Below are positions 37,640 through 51,526 of a DNA stretch of 64,000 bases, in pieces. The first letter of the stretch is position 1; every line of letters starts with the position of its first letter. The notes under the pieces were generated by a model. It worked only from the letters and a program-made list of their open reading frames with translations. It was not told where the DNA came from and ran no database searches. Location: the NCBI RefSeq assembly GCF_052425735.1, contig NC_135769.1, positions 12,338,001 through 12,402,000 on the forward strand, read 5' to 3'. Made by a program: the position numbers and the translations under genes. This DNA comes from Oculina patagonica. Lineage: Eukaryota.

Positions 37640-37737
37640 CTGACTCGTCCCCAGTCGTCTTCATATAGCACGCGGCAATCTCTCCCTCCGCTGTATATTT
37701 GCCGCGTGCTGTATGAAGACGACTGGGGACGAGTCAG
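37640..37737. mobile_element. 98 bp hairpin MITE with a 9 bp target duplication
   Basis: GCGTTTTTT|CTGACTCGTCCCCAGTCGTCTTCATA ... TATGAAGACGACTGGGGACGAGTCAG|GCGTTTTTT. Confidence 0.85.
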
Positions 37738-39559
37738 GCGTTTTTTCGCTCCCCGCCCCCACCCTCTTGCTTCTTCTGTTTTGTGCTGGCGTCCAGGTCT
37801 CTCGCCGTTCTCACCGAGCACTCATCGATCGAAAAACACGAAAAATAGAGGGCTGTGGACAGTCTATGCGAGGGTCGGATATCAAAACACAGCTTCTTCG
37901 TGGGCTTAAGTGTCATTGTCAGAGAAAACCAGGCAATGCCAAAAGATGGGGGTCAGCCGATTTCCCCCATTTTTTCAGCATTTAATACCTATCAGATAAG
38001 ATTAAGATTGATGCTACTTAAATGATTTTCTGGCTTTTTGATCCCGAGATTGACCACCCCCCTAAGTTTTGGCACAGAAAGAGCCAAAATTTCTCATAAA
38101 AAAGGCCATCTTCTCGGTTCTTAAAACAAATCTTCCTTTAGCATTAAGCTCACATATTTTTTTCTCGAGCTAAACTAACCATTTCTAGATGTTATGAATG
38201 TTTTAAAACACATTTTGAATTTAACTGTAATTTTTGACATATTTTCTAATCTGGGTAGGTAGCTTGTGCATGCAGCATAGTGAATTTCGGGGGATTTTTA
38301 AATATCATTTTTTCAAAAGTGCGGTGGTTTATTTTCTATTTAATAACATTTTAGAACAGTCCATACCCTTCTTAATCAAAAACAAAAATTTATTGATTGG
38401 CACAAGAAACTCTTTTTCCACGAATTTTGTTCAAAAATAGCTAAAAACGCTCTTATGGCTATTTTCGCGCCATAATTATATTTCGGTCATGTGACATACC
38501 ATCGATAAAATTACATTTTCAATGGCGTTGTTGAATTCCTATTTATTGTAAAAGTTTAGTTTTTTGTTATAGGGGGGTGCCTCTGGAGAAATCTTGGCAA
38601 TTATACAGGAATTGAGAGGTAAAATTTACCTCAAAATACCAATAACAGTTGGTATTACAAACGTCAAAACAAACAATATAGAAAATCTAAACCTAAAAGT
38701 CATTTCTTCCAAATACAACACTCTATTCCAGAACTAGCCTTGTTTAACATATCCCGACAACAACAAAAAAGCATATTTACTACTCTTTCAACAGCTAAGT
38801 ACTATAACAAAACTGAGTCACAGAGCCACATACGTTGTTATAGAGTCTTTATAGCTGTTGCTTTGATAATTTGGTCTTCGCTGTTATAAACACAACTTAC
38901 AGCAAAATAAAAAAAATAATCGACTATGTATTTGACCGTTGATTCAATTTTTTCAACAGTCGACGAAAGGTTATTACTTTTGTTAAAATAATTCCACTGT
39001 CTTGTAAGTGTTGTTCTACGGAGAGAAAGATAATCATGTTGCATTGTCAAACACTTGAATCAAAATCGCGTACTGCCATTAACGAGCAGCTGAAAACAGC
39101 GAGTTTGCCCCCGTGATCCTCAAGAACCGAGGTTTTGCCCGGGCGGTTTTGACATAAAAAAAAAAACAAATGGTAGCACTTCAACATTAATGAACAATAA
39201 TAGAAGTACAAAACTTTGGTTATGCCTCCCAACTGGAACCATGATTTGTATTTTTCTTTTCCGCCACCAGCTGCCTAAATACTAAAACGATATAGAAAGT
39301 TGCTCATTTATTGAAATTTAAACACCGTTTGATTTTTTTTTAATTTTGTTTTTTAACTCTTTCCTTCCAAATACGTACAAAACATTTATTTTTTCGCAAC
39401 TTCGCACCGCTTCGCATTCATTTGGCGCGGTTTCAAGACGCAAGTCGTGATCCTATGCTAAGCCAAGGTTGAAGCTTTTGCCCGAGGGGCGTAACGTGAT
39501 ACGTTTTCTTTCGGTAAAAACCTGCGTTTCAGGTGGTGAGGTATAAAAACAAATTTTAC

Positions 39560-42500
39560 CTATTTCTGACACGAGCAAGACTTTGAGTAGGCTATGAGTG
39601 GCTCGGTATAAGTACGTTTTCGTGAGTAGCTTCCATTTGTCTGCAGCTGTAAAGCAGTGCACACATCTCTCAACTGTGCTAATTTAAGCGTATTGAGCTT
39701 TCCAGCACTCGCAAGTTCACAAACGTTCACTTCTTCGACTTGAATTGGGTGATTGGGAGCTTCGATGTCTCTGTACACTTCCTGACGTATGGCTTGAATG
39801 CAGTCTTCTGATTCAAGGGCTTCAAGGTCTTCCTCCGCAATTTCTTCATCTTCTTGGCTCTCAATTTCGCCAGTTTGCCTTTGACGCTGTATCGCTGACA
39901 TTCGTGAGAAAAAGCTACTTATCTGTTTGGCGGTCCTCCATTCCTCTGGTTTGAATTGGAGCTTCCCACTACCATCTCTGACACACTTCATCTCTCTAGC
40001 CACCTGCACTGGATCAGCCTTGCTACGTGGGCCAAAGTCCTTTAGCACTGTCAAGCCAGTTTCTGCCTGTTGTGCAACTTCTAACTCGTTGTACGCTAAA
40101 AAATTGCCAGGTCCAATGCTAAATGCGCGCCAAACACGTACTCCGTCCTCTTCAAAGGAAAAATTGTTTAGAATGCTGATTCCCGGTAGCTTGTTGGCGT
40201 TTATCTCTCTGCTTGTATTTACTTTCACAACTGCTGCCCTGACTCCCTTTAGCCCTCCATGAGACTCCAACGCCGTCTTCATGTCCTCTGCACATATTAC
40301 ATCATGTTTCTCATTGACCCATCGTCGTATATGTGCCTTCATTGGTGCAGTCTTGCGATCGCAGATATCTTTGCCTGACTGCGGCTCTGAGAAGTCATAA
40401 CGCAGGACATTGATGTTGGTTCTTTGACCAATTGACGGAAGGCTGAGCAACAGGGGACCACTATGGTAGCACCCTGCGTTATCAGATCTTAGATAAACGT
40501 TCTTTATCTCGGGTGACTCTTTCTTGATGGTTTCGAGGAGATGCTCTATGATAGAGGCTACAGCGAAGCTGTCCTGTGTGCAGTTATCAAGTATGTGGAC
40601 AAAGCATTCCACTTGAAACTTCTCAGGAGCCTCCTTGGTGATTACAGCACTCACATGCCAACTTCGGCCTCGTTTCCCGAAAAAATCGCTCATCCGTTCC
40701 CTGTATCGTTGTGGGAGGTATTTCATGGCCCAGTCCATAACGACTAAGCATGATACTGAATCGAGTTGTGCAAGAGCATATTGTTTCCCCTCTTCTTGAT
40801 TTACCGTGCGAAGTAAGTGCGCTTTCCAATCCTGGATAGATGCCGCACTCAGTTTGAATTCGTGGCTTAATTGCCATCTCTGCTCTTCGGACATTTCAGC
40901 ATGGTTGATTTCAGATTCAATTTCCTTGAAAACTGTTTCAAGGGACTCGCATGTCTCGCAGACGATACAATGTTCGTGCTGACATGTGCCTTGCAGGTTG
41001 GCGTTACTTGAATCACTCAGTGCATGTGTAGTGCAGTGATCAGCACAGCTTTCCTCTCTGCCAACATGGGACTTAAACTCAGTCTTGAGGTATCTCTTTG
41101 CCTCCTTGATTTTTTGCTCCGATGACTTCAACCAAGTAGCCTCTGATCCGTGGTCACCTAGCGTCTTAATGACGTCAAGAATAGTGTCTATGGCCTCCGT
41201 TCCTTCAGCTGTAGTGTTGTCGAGCCCTTGTAATGATTTCTGCATTGACGCACCACATACCTCAATTATTCTGTACAATGAGCGCTGTCCTGCTGGCTCG
41301 AAATTCTGCTCTTGGCAATAGGCTGAGTACTGCTCAATGATTCTGGATGGTATCATAGTTCTCACAACTGCTGGAATAACGATACTCTCTCCTGTATCGA
41401 GTTTAAGAACTTTTGTACCAAATGCAACGTCTTGCACCATGTCAGGTCTTGCTAGATAATCAACAAAATGATCAATTTGAGCAGAAGAGATCCGTGATCG
41501 AAAAATCGGGTCGTTTGGAACTGGCTGACCTTCCCCGACCTTTGTAGCATGCTGACGTGCTTCGTCTATTCGCCATTTTGTCAGTGTTGGTATCATGGCC
41601 ATTAACTCCTGCTTGCTAAAATCATTGGCAAAAAGAGAGAGTATTTGTCGTTTAGTTTGCCACGACTCGGCCTGGTTGTATGACTTTATCAGGACATCTA
41701 TTAACCCAGAACTTGGATCAAAACTTCTTCGTCTGGTGGCACCAGCAGAACTTGTCGTAACTGATCTTTTCTGTCGAACAGCCGTCCAAAGTTCTTCTTC
41801 CTGGCCTGGACTGAGGACTGTCAGTACTTCGTTGAAGGTTTCTTTAGCTTTTCGCAGATAGTATTTTTGCTGAGTTGTAGATATGTCATCCCAAGACGTA
41901 TTCAAAGTTGATAAAATGGGGCTAACTCTTCCTCCGGATAAACCACTGACGGCGTTGTTTAACAGCTGTCGTTTCTTTTGTTGTTCTTCTATTTCGTCGG
42001 ACCAGATGCTGATTTCCTCTTCAGGAACACTTTGTTGGGATGATTGCGATGACGTTGTATAAGGCTCTTCTTCTGTATCATCTGATGATGCCAAAGCGCG
42101 CTTCTCTTCTCCCCATAGCGGCTGTTCACAGGCGTCTCCTTCATCAGGTGGTTCCACGTGTTGTGCACGTGGCTGTTCACAGACATCTGTTTCACCAATA
42201 AGTTGAACCTCTTGTGGCTGTTGTCCTTCATCAGGCAGTTCAAACTCATCTGGCTGTACAAAGATATCTTCTTCATCAGGCACCGAAGACTAAAATTGAA
42301 ACAAAAGGGATTGACTACATTTTCACTGTTTGTTTTAGTGACACAGTAACTGTAGAGGGTCCACTCTCGAATATAGCACCAGAAAATCAAGTGCTTTTAA
42401 AAAGTCTCGCTTAATATATCATTGAGTTTTACCCAGTCCCATTTAGGATTCAGAAAAGGATAAAAAAGTACCGATGAGATAAGGAACTGGTGATTTGTAA

Positions 42501-45500
42501 GCGAAAGGGGAAGTGAGAAAAATTGCGCTGCTATTTTCCCTCTTATCTTCCCGACATGGCCTGTGCATTTCTGAATTTTTTCTTTCCTTCACCTTTTTGC
42601 GCGTTTGCACTTTGCCATCGCCGGAATCTTACGTAGTTTTCTCTCTTTCTGAACTATAAACAACGACTAGATATGAGTCAGTTCTCAGAAGGTTACGCTT
42701 ATAGTTTTATATCCCAATAAGCTCAATCAGTGGAAAAAAACAGTGTGCAGTGTCACAAGATATTGACATTGACAGCGTAGTTACTGCGCGGTTTTTAAAG
42801 GAGGTCCTTCTTTACTACAGATCTAGAACCGTAGCTAAGAATTTGCCGAAGACAAAGCGAACGTAATGGTAATGCTTAATGGTGAATTTTTTGATGGGGA
42901 GGACAACTACATTGAAAACATTGATATTGCGCGCGCGTAACTAGTGCCAGTCCCAAACCGCGCGCTTTAATTTAAAATACCTAAAACTTGGAGGAAAGAA
43001 GGTAGTGTTCCGATTTTCTAAAAGAAATAGAGACAAAATAGCCTTCTTTTTAATCCTCTTATGGAATTACCGTTTACGTGTAATAACGGAACGCCAATGA
43101 AGAGAGTCTGAAAATGCGGATGTTATTACGCTATAACTTTCATAATAATGCAAGTTTCATAAAAACCATAGGTGGCATTATGCACGTGGACATTCTTTAT
43201 CTGTTGGCACTAATTCTAATTTTCAGTTCCATGTGTCTTCTTAGTTTAAGGGTTTTTTCTATTTCGGTCACGTGACTTGTCAAATATGGCCATGATATGA
43301 AACACTTGAAGAACTCTTCAAAGAAACAAAGATATGCAAAAAGCTTATCCGTAGGAGATTAGGTATCTAGAAAATGACGGTCAGAACTTTTCTTAGCAAC
43401 AAATTGGTACGAAAATGAATAATTGTGCGTGAAGATAATTGGCTGTTTTTCAGGCAGCAAGAATCGCAGTGGAAATATTTTGAGATGGCCATACCAGTCG
43501 TTTTGTTCAATGTTGCAAAAAATACTTAAATAAGCTTTGATATGTGTAAATCGCATTATTGATACTGTGGTGCTTACCAAAAAAGTATTCGTTTTGTTCC
43601 ATGCATGACCACTTGATTGTGTTTGCGACAGATAGTACAAACATCATGAAACAGTAAATGAATGAAAGGAAATAATACACCTTCCACCTATTTCTCGAAG
43701 TGTCCAACATGTAGGAATGCGGAACGGCTTGAGCTATCTTACTAGGTTCCGAAAGGAGCAGGTATCTTTTACATAAGTTTCCTCGATTTCCAGGAGGTAG
43801 GTGTGGTCCTTACATTTATGAAGGGAATAAAGCAGTCTTATAAGACCTTAAAAAATATACGGTGCAGTTAGAAGAAATATGAACACGCAACCTGTTGAAA
43901 GCCGCTTGCCCTGTCAGGACCCTCCACACTGCGTAGTCTGTAATGCTCTGTGCGACATTTTCCGCAAATAGCTGAAAAAAATGGAATACATAAAAATGGA
44001 TTTCAGTGGATTAGAAAAGAAATCCAGGCTATAAATTACTAAGTGAAAAATGGCTGCAGGATATAGATTTCTCACAGGTTCGGTTCCTTACAGAAATGCT
44101 GTAACTGAAATGCTGTTATACACCGAAAGCCGGTTCAGCTTCCCACAGATCGATACCCCAAGATCCATGATATTTATTAATGGGTTTATTAACTGGCGTC
44201 AACGCAAATTGTTTAGACTACGGGAAAATAACGCGAAACACGACCAATTGTAAATAACACGACCAACGCAAACATTTGTGATCGTTGTGTCAAATAGAAA
44301 ATGCAAACAAAATGCAGAAGAAGATTACTTTTTACAGTACAAATCTCTCTCGAGGTTCTACGTAAGCCACGGCCACACAGTAGTTTAGCAGGTCTGGAAA
44401 TTATGAATTGCGTTTAAATCGTAACAGTACACGAAAAACGCTTGTTGCACCCACTACTGCTATCTTTCTGGTAAGTCTTGGCTTGGCGTCTTTCTTAATT
44501 TAATTAATGTAAAATATTTGAACTCTTTCGGTGGAAGGAACCCTGAGACGAATAATTTTTCCTATGTTGACCAAAAGAGCTTTACGCATCCCTTTACACA
44601 CTAACTTGAATAAACGTCTGACCAAACGATTTGGTTGTCCAAAATAAAACGGGCAAAAAAGATTCTCGTGACTTTGAAACAAACATTTTGTTTGTCTAAA
44701 ATCTTGAGTTGTCTTTCTCAATTTAATTAATGTAAAATATTTAAACTTTTTTGGTGGCGAAACTAAAAAGGAATCCCAAGACGAATAATTTTTCTTATAG
44801 TGGCCAAAAGAGCTTTAAGCATCCCTTTACACACTAACTTGAACAAACGTCTGACCAAAAGATTTGGTTGTCAAAAATTTAACTGGTATAAAGATTCTCG
44901 TGACTTTGAAACAAACATTTTGTTTGCCGCGTTTAATCTTTATGATCTATGTACATCTTTGGTCAAAATTGTGCTTGTATGCAAATTCTTACACAAGTTT
45001 GGACTTATTTCAGTTGTTATTAGTAATAAAAACGAAAATGTAGCCCACAACAAAGATCAAAACAGGGATGTTTTGCGCTCTTATTGGCGAAATTGGAGTA
45101 CATTAAATAAATAGTACAAAGGTGTTTACATCGGGAGCGTCACGATATCAGTTGCGTTACTACAAAAATATGAGTGAAAAACGTATTTCAAAGGCCAAAT
45201 TGCTTTAGACCTTACGATATATTTTTTTTATCTGAACTCCTACCTGTGTGTACTAATGTCATGTGAGTGAATGTTATCGTTTTGGAGTAGAAGAATGTAG
45301 TCGAATCCATGAAGGGTGCGCTCAAATTAGAAATGTCAAACAGTCGCACTTCTTAAGGGACATAAATAAGTCGTTGGCAAAAATTTTAAATATTGAATGA
45401 AACTCACCAGATCCTATTGGTACTGCAGAATTGTGTAAAACGAAGATTTCTTTTGACAGCGTGAAATTGACGCGGCGTGGGTCCTTCATCTGTTTGCGTT

Positions 45501-45813
45501 GACCCTCGTGCAATGGATAGCAACATGTCACAATTTTTCGACCTCGCCAGTCAGCTACTAGTTCCTTTCTGTGTTTGGGACAGATAACCATAGCTGCCAC
45601 CCTATCTTCAGGCAAATCAAAATACCCTGCTCTGTTTAATATCAGCTCCGTTTCCGTGATTCCTGGATTTTCAGACCGCCAACCTCGCTTGGAGCTTACA
45701 CCTAGACCAAGCAAGTGGGCTGTGACATCTTGTTTACAAGCATTTAAAGGCAATATTGTGCTAGACCCGACGGAACTACACGGCGATTGTTCTGAAACGA
45801 ATGAGCAATTCAT
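39560..45813 (-). CDS. Sola3-type transposase, three exons (45813-45408, 43971-43892, 42289-39560), about 1071 aa
   Basis: GT/AG junctions with compatible phases (..VPIGS|AICGKCR..FQQ|SSVPDEED). The 907-aa ORF has DWAMKYLP, FGKRGRSWH, SDNAGCYH and EPQSGKDICDR (candidate acidic triad). Cys/His-rich N-terminus and a SAP-like C-terminus (LKLAQLRDVCTALQLQTNG..RK). Confidence 0.82.
44497..44925. repeat. Two-copy tandem duplication of about 223 bp inside transposase intron 1
   Basis: AATTTAATTAATGTAAAATATTT at about 44497 and 44720; both copies end in GACTTTGAAACAAACATTTTGTTTG. Confidence 0.85.
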
Positions 45814-48609
45814 ATCACAGGACTTTTAGATTGTTTTTAAAATGGACTGAACGCGAGAGTCACGAATGGCACAGTAACATTACCAAGAACTGACAAAACT
45901 TCCGTGTCGGGCCGAAAAAAAAATGACGTCCCTTTGTCTCACATTTAGTAATTAAGTTGGATCAACTGCCGATAAGACTATATTAAATTAACTTTATCTA
46001 ATATAATTGGGTTTTTTCTGCGCTGTATTAAAGAGAAGAAAAATAGTTATCTGAAATGCCGTGATAATCCAAGCGGTACTTGCTCATGCAAATTACGACT
46101 GAAATTTCGCGGGAAAAAAACAATGAGTTCATGCCATGCAGTGTCTGCAGAATCGATTTCTTGAAATTGTGCATAAAATTTCGAAATAAAAATGAGCAAT
46201 AATTCCTAAATTTTCTACAATACTAGAACTGCATTAAAATACAAAAATTTCTTTTGAAATCTAATTCACTTGAAATGTAATTTCATTCACGTTATGCAAT
46301 ATAACTGCGTGATCGAGTTTTCCCGCGAAAATAGCCATAAGAGCGTTTTTAGCTGTTTTTGAACAAAATTTGTGGAAAAAGAGTTTCTTGTGCCAATCAA
46401 TAATTTTTTGTTTTTGATTAAGAAGGGTATGGACTGTTCTAAAATGTTATTAAATAGAAAATAAACCACCGCACTTTTGAAAAAATGAAATTTAAAAATC
46501 CCCCAAAATTCACTATGCTGCAGGCACAAGCTACCTACCCAGATTAGAAAATATGTCAAAAATTACAGTTAAATTCAAAATATGTTTTAAAACATTCATA
46601 ACATCTAGAAATGGTTAATGTTGCTCGAGAAAAAAATATGTGAGCTTAATGCAAAAGGAAGATTTGTTTTAAGAACCGAGAAGATGGCCTTTTTTATGTG
46701 AAGTTTTGGCTCTTTCTGTGCCAAAACTTAGGGGGGTGGTCAATCTCGGGATCAAAAAGCCAGAAAATTATTTAAATAGCACCAATCTAAATCTTATCTA
46801 ATAGGTATTTAATGCTGAAAAAATGGGGGAAATCGGCTGACCCCCATCTTTTGACATTGCCTGGTTCTCTCTGACAATGACAGTTAAGAAGGATTAAACA
46901 AAAGCCATATATACAGTGAATGCTATCGAATTATATTTGAAGGTGAAATACGAAGGAATTTTGCTGTCTTTGACTGGAATTCCACTCGAACTGCGTAGAT
47001 ACGATCGCATGTTGTAAAGCCGATTCATGCAACATTGCTGTCAACGCGAGGTCACGTCCCTAACGACCTAGGCTGATGACGAAATAGAATGGGCGCTTGT
47101 AGCGACCAAATTTGGCCTAAAAAAGAAGCCTTAAAAGAAGCCCCCATCTCTTGCATTTGTTTTAACTTCAATAATATCTTTGAAAAGAGCAAGTTTTTTG
47201 GTATGGTTTATTTTTGACGTTTGTAATTTTTAAACGTTGTAAGTGCTAGTGGCTATTTATTCGTGTTTTAGTTACGCAATCCATTGTTTGTGCGACGCTT
47301 TTTATAGATCGCCTTTCAGACACACGTGCGTTGAGATAAGAAAGCTGACATGTCACTTTTAACATTGTTATATAACGTTTGTAAATGTGACAAGTCACGT
47401 TTTTTCCACGAGATCGCGTGATCACCCACAGCGGAAAGTAATCCCTTGAGAAATTAAAATATTCCCTTGAGAAATTAAAAAAGTCCCTTGAGAGTAGACA
47501 AGAATGTTCCAAATTTTGCCCCACATAACTGCTATTCTCCTATTTTCGCTTGTAAACAAGCAAAAAAAGTCGCAAAAATGACCGCTAAAATTGCGGCGGT
47601 CCCCTCGAAGAATTGACGTTGTGTACACATTCCTCTGAGTTCCACCCAGTGATCGATTAGCTAATAAAACAAAGGACCCAATAACCTTGGGTTTTTGTGT
47701 TGGTGGATTTTTAAATTAAAAATATTGACCAACGGAGCCGGGTTATGTTAAGGCTGACTGATTGCAGACTAATCAAGCCGGCTTCACAAGCATGCAAGAG
47801 CTGTGATGGGGTTGCGAGAAACTTTAAGGTAAATATTAACTTATTTAACGCTCTTAACTTGGGTGTAAGACTCCTCAGACTTCTAAATCTCTGACATTTA
47901 TGATAAAGGATTAGTTTTGACTTGTTTTAAGCCAGAGGGTCTTGAAACAGATAGGTCAAACCTTTGATCTGTTTGATACATGTGTATATTCATTGCATCT
48001 CATAGATGACAGACCTGTGTTTATAAATACTTAAGCCAGTCGTCTTTGACTGTTACAAAGTTAAGGTTACTGTTTACTAGAAAGACGGAATTTCCCTTAG
48101 TTTGTTTCTTTTTTCTTTTTTTAAACGAAAAGTCAACTTAAGTGATCGATCTAACATGTGCCGGACAGAAATTGTTTTAAAACAACCAGGAGACATAATT
48201 CTTAAAGGAATGTTGATAAACCACCGAGGCTAATCAAAAGCCCTCTGGGCTTATTGTCTTGTGACTCTTTCCAGAGTTTAATTTATTTGAAAATAGACCG
48301 CTTTTCACGTCTATTTATTGCTTGTAAAGATATCGAAAATTAAAAAGCGTGCATCTAACATAAAGAAACATTTAGACTCCTCACCCCTAAAATTTAAACT
48401 AAAACTAAAGCTACTTTTGTCGCTCGATAAAAGTTGTGACATTCACAACACGATATACGAAACTCTTGATTCACTTGTCAATTCAGAAACCTTTGTCGTG
48501 AATGCTTGCGCTTAACTTCACGATTTCACAGTTAAAGATAAAAACAAAGGTTTATTCCAACTACAAAAGGTTCTCACGCGAAAGGCTTAAAATCCAACTA
48601 AAAAATATA

Positions 48610-48960
48610 TATAAGATTTGGGACCTGAAAGACAACAACACCGAATTTTCGATCAAGTGGTCCATTGTCACGAGAGCAAGCGCTTACAGCGGAAACCCGT
48701 CACGCTTCAATTTGTGTCTGACGGAGAAGCTCTGCATACTATCAGCTGACAGATCCACCTTCTTGAACAAAAGATCTGAGCTTGTTACCAAGTGCAGGCA
48801 CGAAAACAAGTACTACACGGCCAATCAGAGACAGGATCGTTCCAACCGTCTTCCATGAACGTAGTTTAAATTGTATTTCACCGCATCTAACGACACAGTC
48901 TGATGATCGCTTCGCGCGTGAAACTCTGAGTAACTGTCCGTGAAGTTTCTATCTTTAAGT
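48610..48960 (+). mobile_element. 5'-truncated Penelope-like element (GIY-YIG C-terminus plus 3' region)
   Basis: IWDLKDNNTEFSIKWSIVTRASAYSGNPSRFNLCLTEKLCIL...LNKRSELVTKCRHENKY in ORF 48502-48858, followed by a hammerhead motif. Confidence 0.82.
48895..48937 (+). ncRNA. Minimal type I hammerhead ribozyme
   Basis: Stem I ACAGT/ACTGT, intact core CTGATGA (48900-48906), stem II CGC/GCG, GAAA (48920-48923), stem III ACTC-T-GAGT, GUA cleavage triplet ending at 48932. Confidence 0.78.
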
Positions 48961-51526
48961 ACATGTATTGTATAAGATTTATACATGCTTAAAGTTTTGA
49001 AATCGATGCCTTAATAGTATCCATTCCGATCACAATCACGGTAATTAAGCGTCCATCTTGATTCATACTAATTGATCGTTGCTATTTCTGTCAGGCGGAT
49101 AATGTTTGTACTTATTATTGTCACGCGACTTGTTTCCGACACCTTATCAAAAGCGATTTTTCCAAGCAGCCAAAAGTAGGCTTGACTTAAATTCAAAGTA
49201 CACTCCAGCATGTAGCCGTTGAACAGTTATAGGACTCCGATAACAGCACAAAAAGAATACAGACACACACAGATTCATAAGCATTTATCTGTCACAGATA
49301 ATTCTTAAATATCTTAAAAAGGTCAACAAAGTCACAGATTCTCCTTTGTTGTTTTGTGTCTGTGACTGATAAGAACGTTTTCAGCCTCACGTTTCAATAA
49401 ACTCATGCACACTACCAAGCAAAGTTTCATGGTTGACCTTTCGCGTGTGTCTTCGAGTAATACTCAAATTGAGGACACACAAGGAAAATAATGTCCATGG
49501 GATCAGTTGTTTTGAACTAGTTTAATCAGCACAAATTCTAACTTGCCTAAGCTAGCTAGTCAACTGAAGTAAAGGCACACATGTGGTTCGACTACTACGG
49601 TCTATTACATCTTTGAAATCGGATCTAATCAAAAATGGAAACGGCAAAAAAAGGTTTTCCTGACATATTGTCGGTCGACATACCTACAGTTCTGTAAGGC
49701 GCAATCCTGTTTAAGACATGCTTTTCCCCTATTGCTGTACCAAAATTATAAAACACATTGTTCTCACGAAACGGTAGCTATTATCTGATTAACTAATATG
49801 ACTAGAATGGTGGGAATCTCGTGTGATTGCTTTTATCACTAAGAAAAACAAACAAAAAGCTTAAAAATAAACGCAACTGTCAGTGTAAACAGCATCTGCA
49901 GACCTCTCAAGTCTCACGATTTTGTCCTGAGACTCACGGTTTTCACTTCAATCTCACGACGAGAAACAGAAATCTCACGAAAAAACTGACAGAGTAACAA
50001 GTCATTTGATTAGCGCCTGGTTTTAGGACTCTTTTAGTTATTTTTGTCCGTCGGGGCAGTTGATCAGTCTCCCGGTTTTTACCTCAATCTCCAGATTTTT
50101 TTACCTCAATCTCCAGATTTCCAGTGCTTTGAGGTTGAGAAGTCTGCATCTGTTTTGTTTAAATCTGATGATCGCATTTTTCGGCATTTACTAAAAAAAG
50201 AAAATTTTGACATGGCGGGAAAAATATTGACATGGCGGGAAAATTCCGCGGCCTCAGAAAGCAAATACGCATGGAATGCACCTTGTCCCCTGTAGTATTA
50301 TCTTGTGTCGTCATGACTACGTCATGACGTCACAAGACAAAAAGGCACGTACATATAGCGGCACGCGCCCTCGGGCAAATACAAGATCAATTAACCAACC
50401 ACAAGATAACAGTTAAAGAGCATATGCTTTCTAATTCTAATTGAGGCACTAATTAATTAAGTCTTCGTTCCGCACTGGTGTCGCGGCTTCACCCACGTGT
50501 TTCATTTTGTTTATGTTTTATCATTCAGTTTTAGTATCACTTCGTCTTTCATTTCCTCCGAATACATGTAAATGTACCAATTCCACGGCCGGTCAAGACT
50601 GAAACACAGTTAGTATTGAAGAATCTGGGTTATTTGTGTGTCCAACTATTCTTGAGTATCTAGACACCACACGGACGACAATGTATACATACAATATATA
50701 CATTTGCTATCCGTCAAACTGAAGGCAAAGGGGACCAGCTTTGCACACTCTTGCTCAGCAGTAGTCGGCAAATGAAACCATCAGAATGTACTTTTGATAT
50801 TTTGCAATGCTCAGGCTAACTCCTTACTCCTTTTTAAAAAAATCGTACTCTTCTGCTCAGTGTACGTCAAAACAATCGTACCTTTAATTGGTTAGAGGAA
50901 AGGCATTTTTTTGTGAGTTCGCTTAAAATTTCTGTGATTTCTACAGCACCCTCGACTTCAAATGATCTCAGTATCTAATAATTTTCATTGGAACGATGAA
51001 CGTATCGTTGCCTTTAATTCTCAGTCAAACATGCCAGAAAAGCAAATTTCAGCCGCCAGAGAAGACGGCTGAAATTCGGACCAGAAATATTCCTTATTGA
51101 TTTAATTTCAGTTAGTAAGATTCTCGTTTGATGAGGTCAGTGTTTTAATCAATTTTCATTTATTGATTTTTTGTATTGCATTGAGTACATTCCAAAGGCC
51201 GGAATTAAGGGTCAAAGACTCAAATAAATTCATGGACAAAAAAGCGCCACCTCAAATAATGAGGTGGCTCTAATAACGAGGTGTTTGTATCAATGAGGCG
51301 ACCGTGCATTCCACTTAAGCTCATTCGTGAAAACAACTTTACACTGAAGTAGTTGTCAAATGTCTTTCTAGGTTTACCCGGCGAACTCGCGTGGTGAGAT
51401 TCGATGAACTCGCGCAACCAATCCGACAGTAGGATTATTTTTCTACCAAACACATGCAAAATTGAAGCCAGTCGGGATTTGGGTCACGTGACATTTCCCG
51501 CGCTAACATGACGGTTACATGTTAAC

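Larger units (their letters stand above)
37910..46883 (-). mobile_element. Near full-length Sola3-type DNA transposon (8974 bp), about 560 bp TIRs, TTAA target duplication
   Basis: TTAA|GTGTCATTGTCAGAGA at 37906 and TCTCTGACAATGACAG|TTAA at 46887. TIRs at 37910-38469 and 46324-46883 are highly similar (mirrored ORFs 38234+ and 46287-). Encloses a spliced transposase gene. Confidence 0.9.

Noticed and set aside
42590-42655. Possible extra transposase exon
   Set aside because: The candidate AG/GT boundaries break phase, and exon 2 already splices in frame to 42289.
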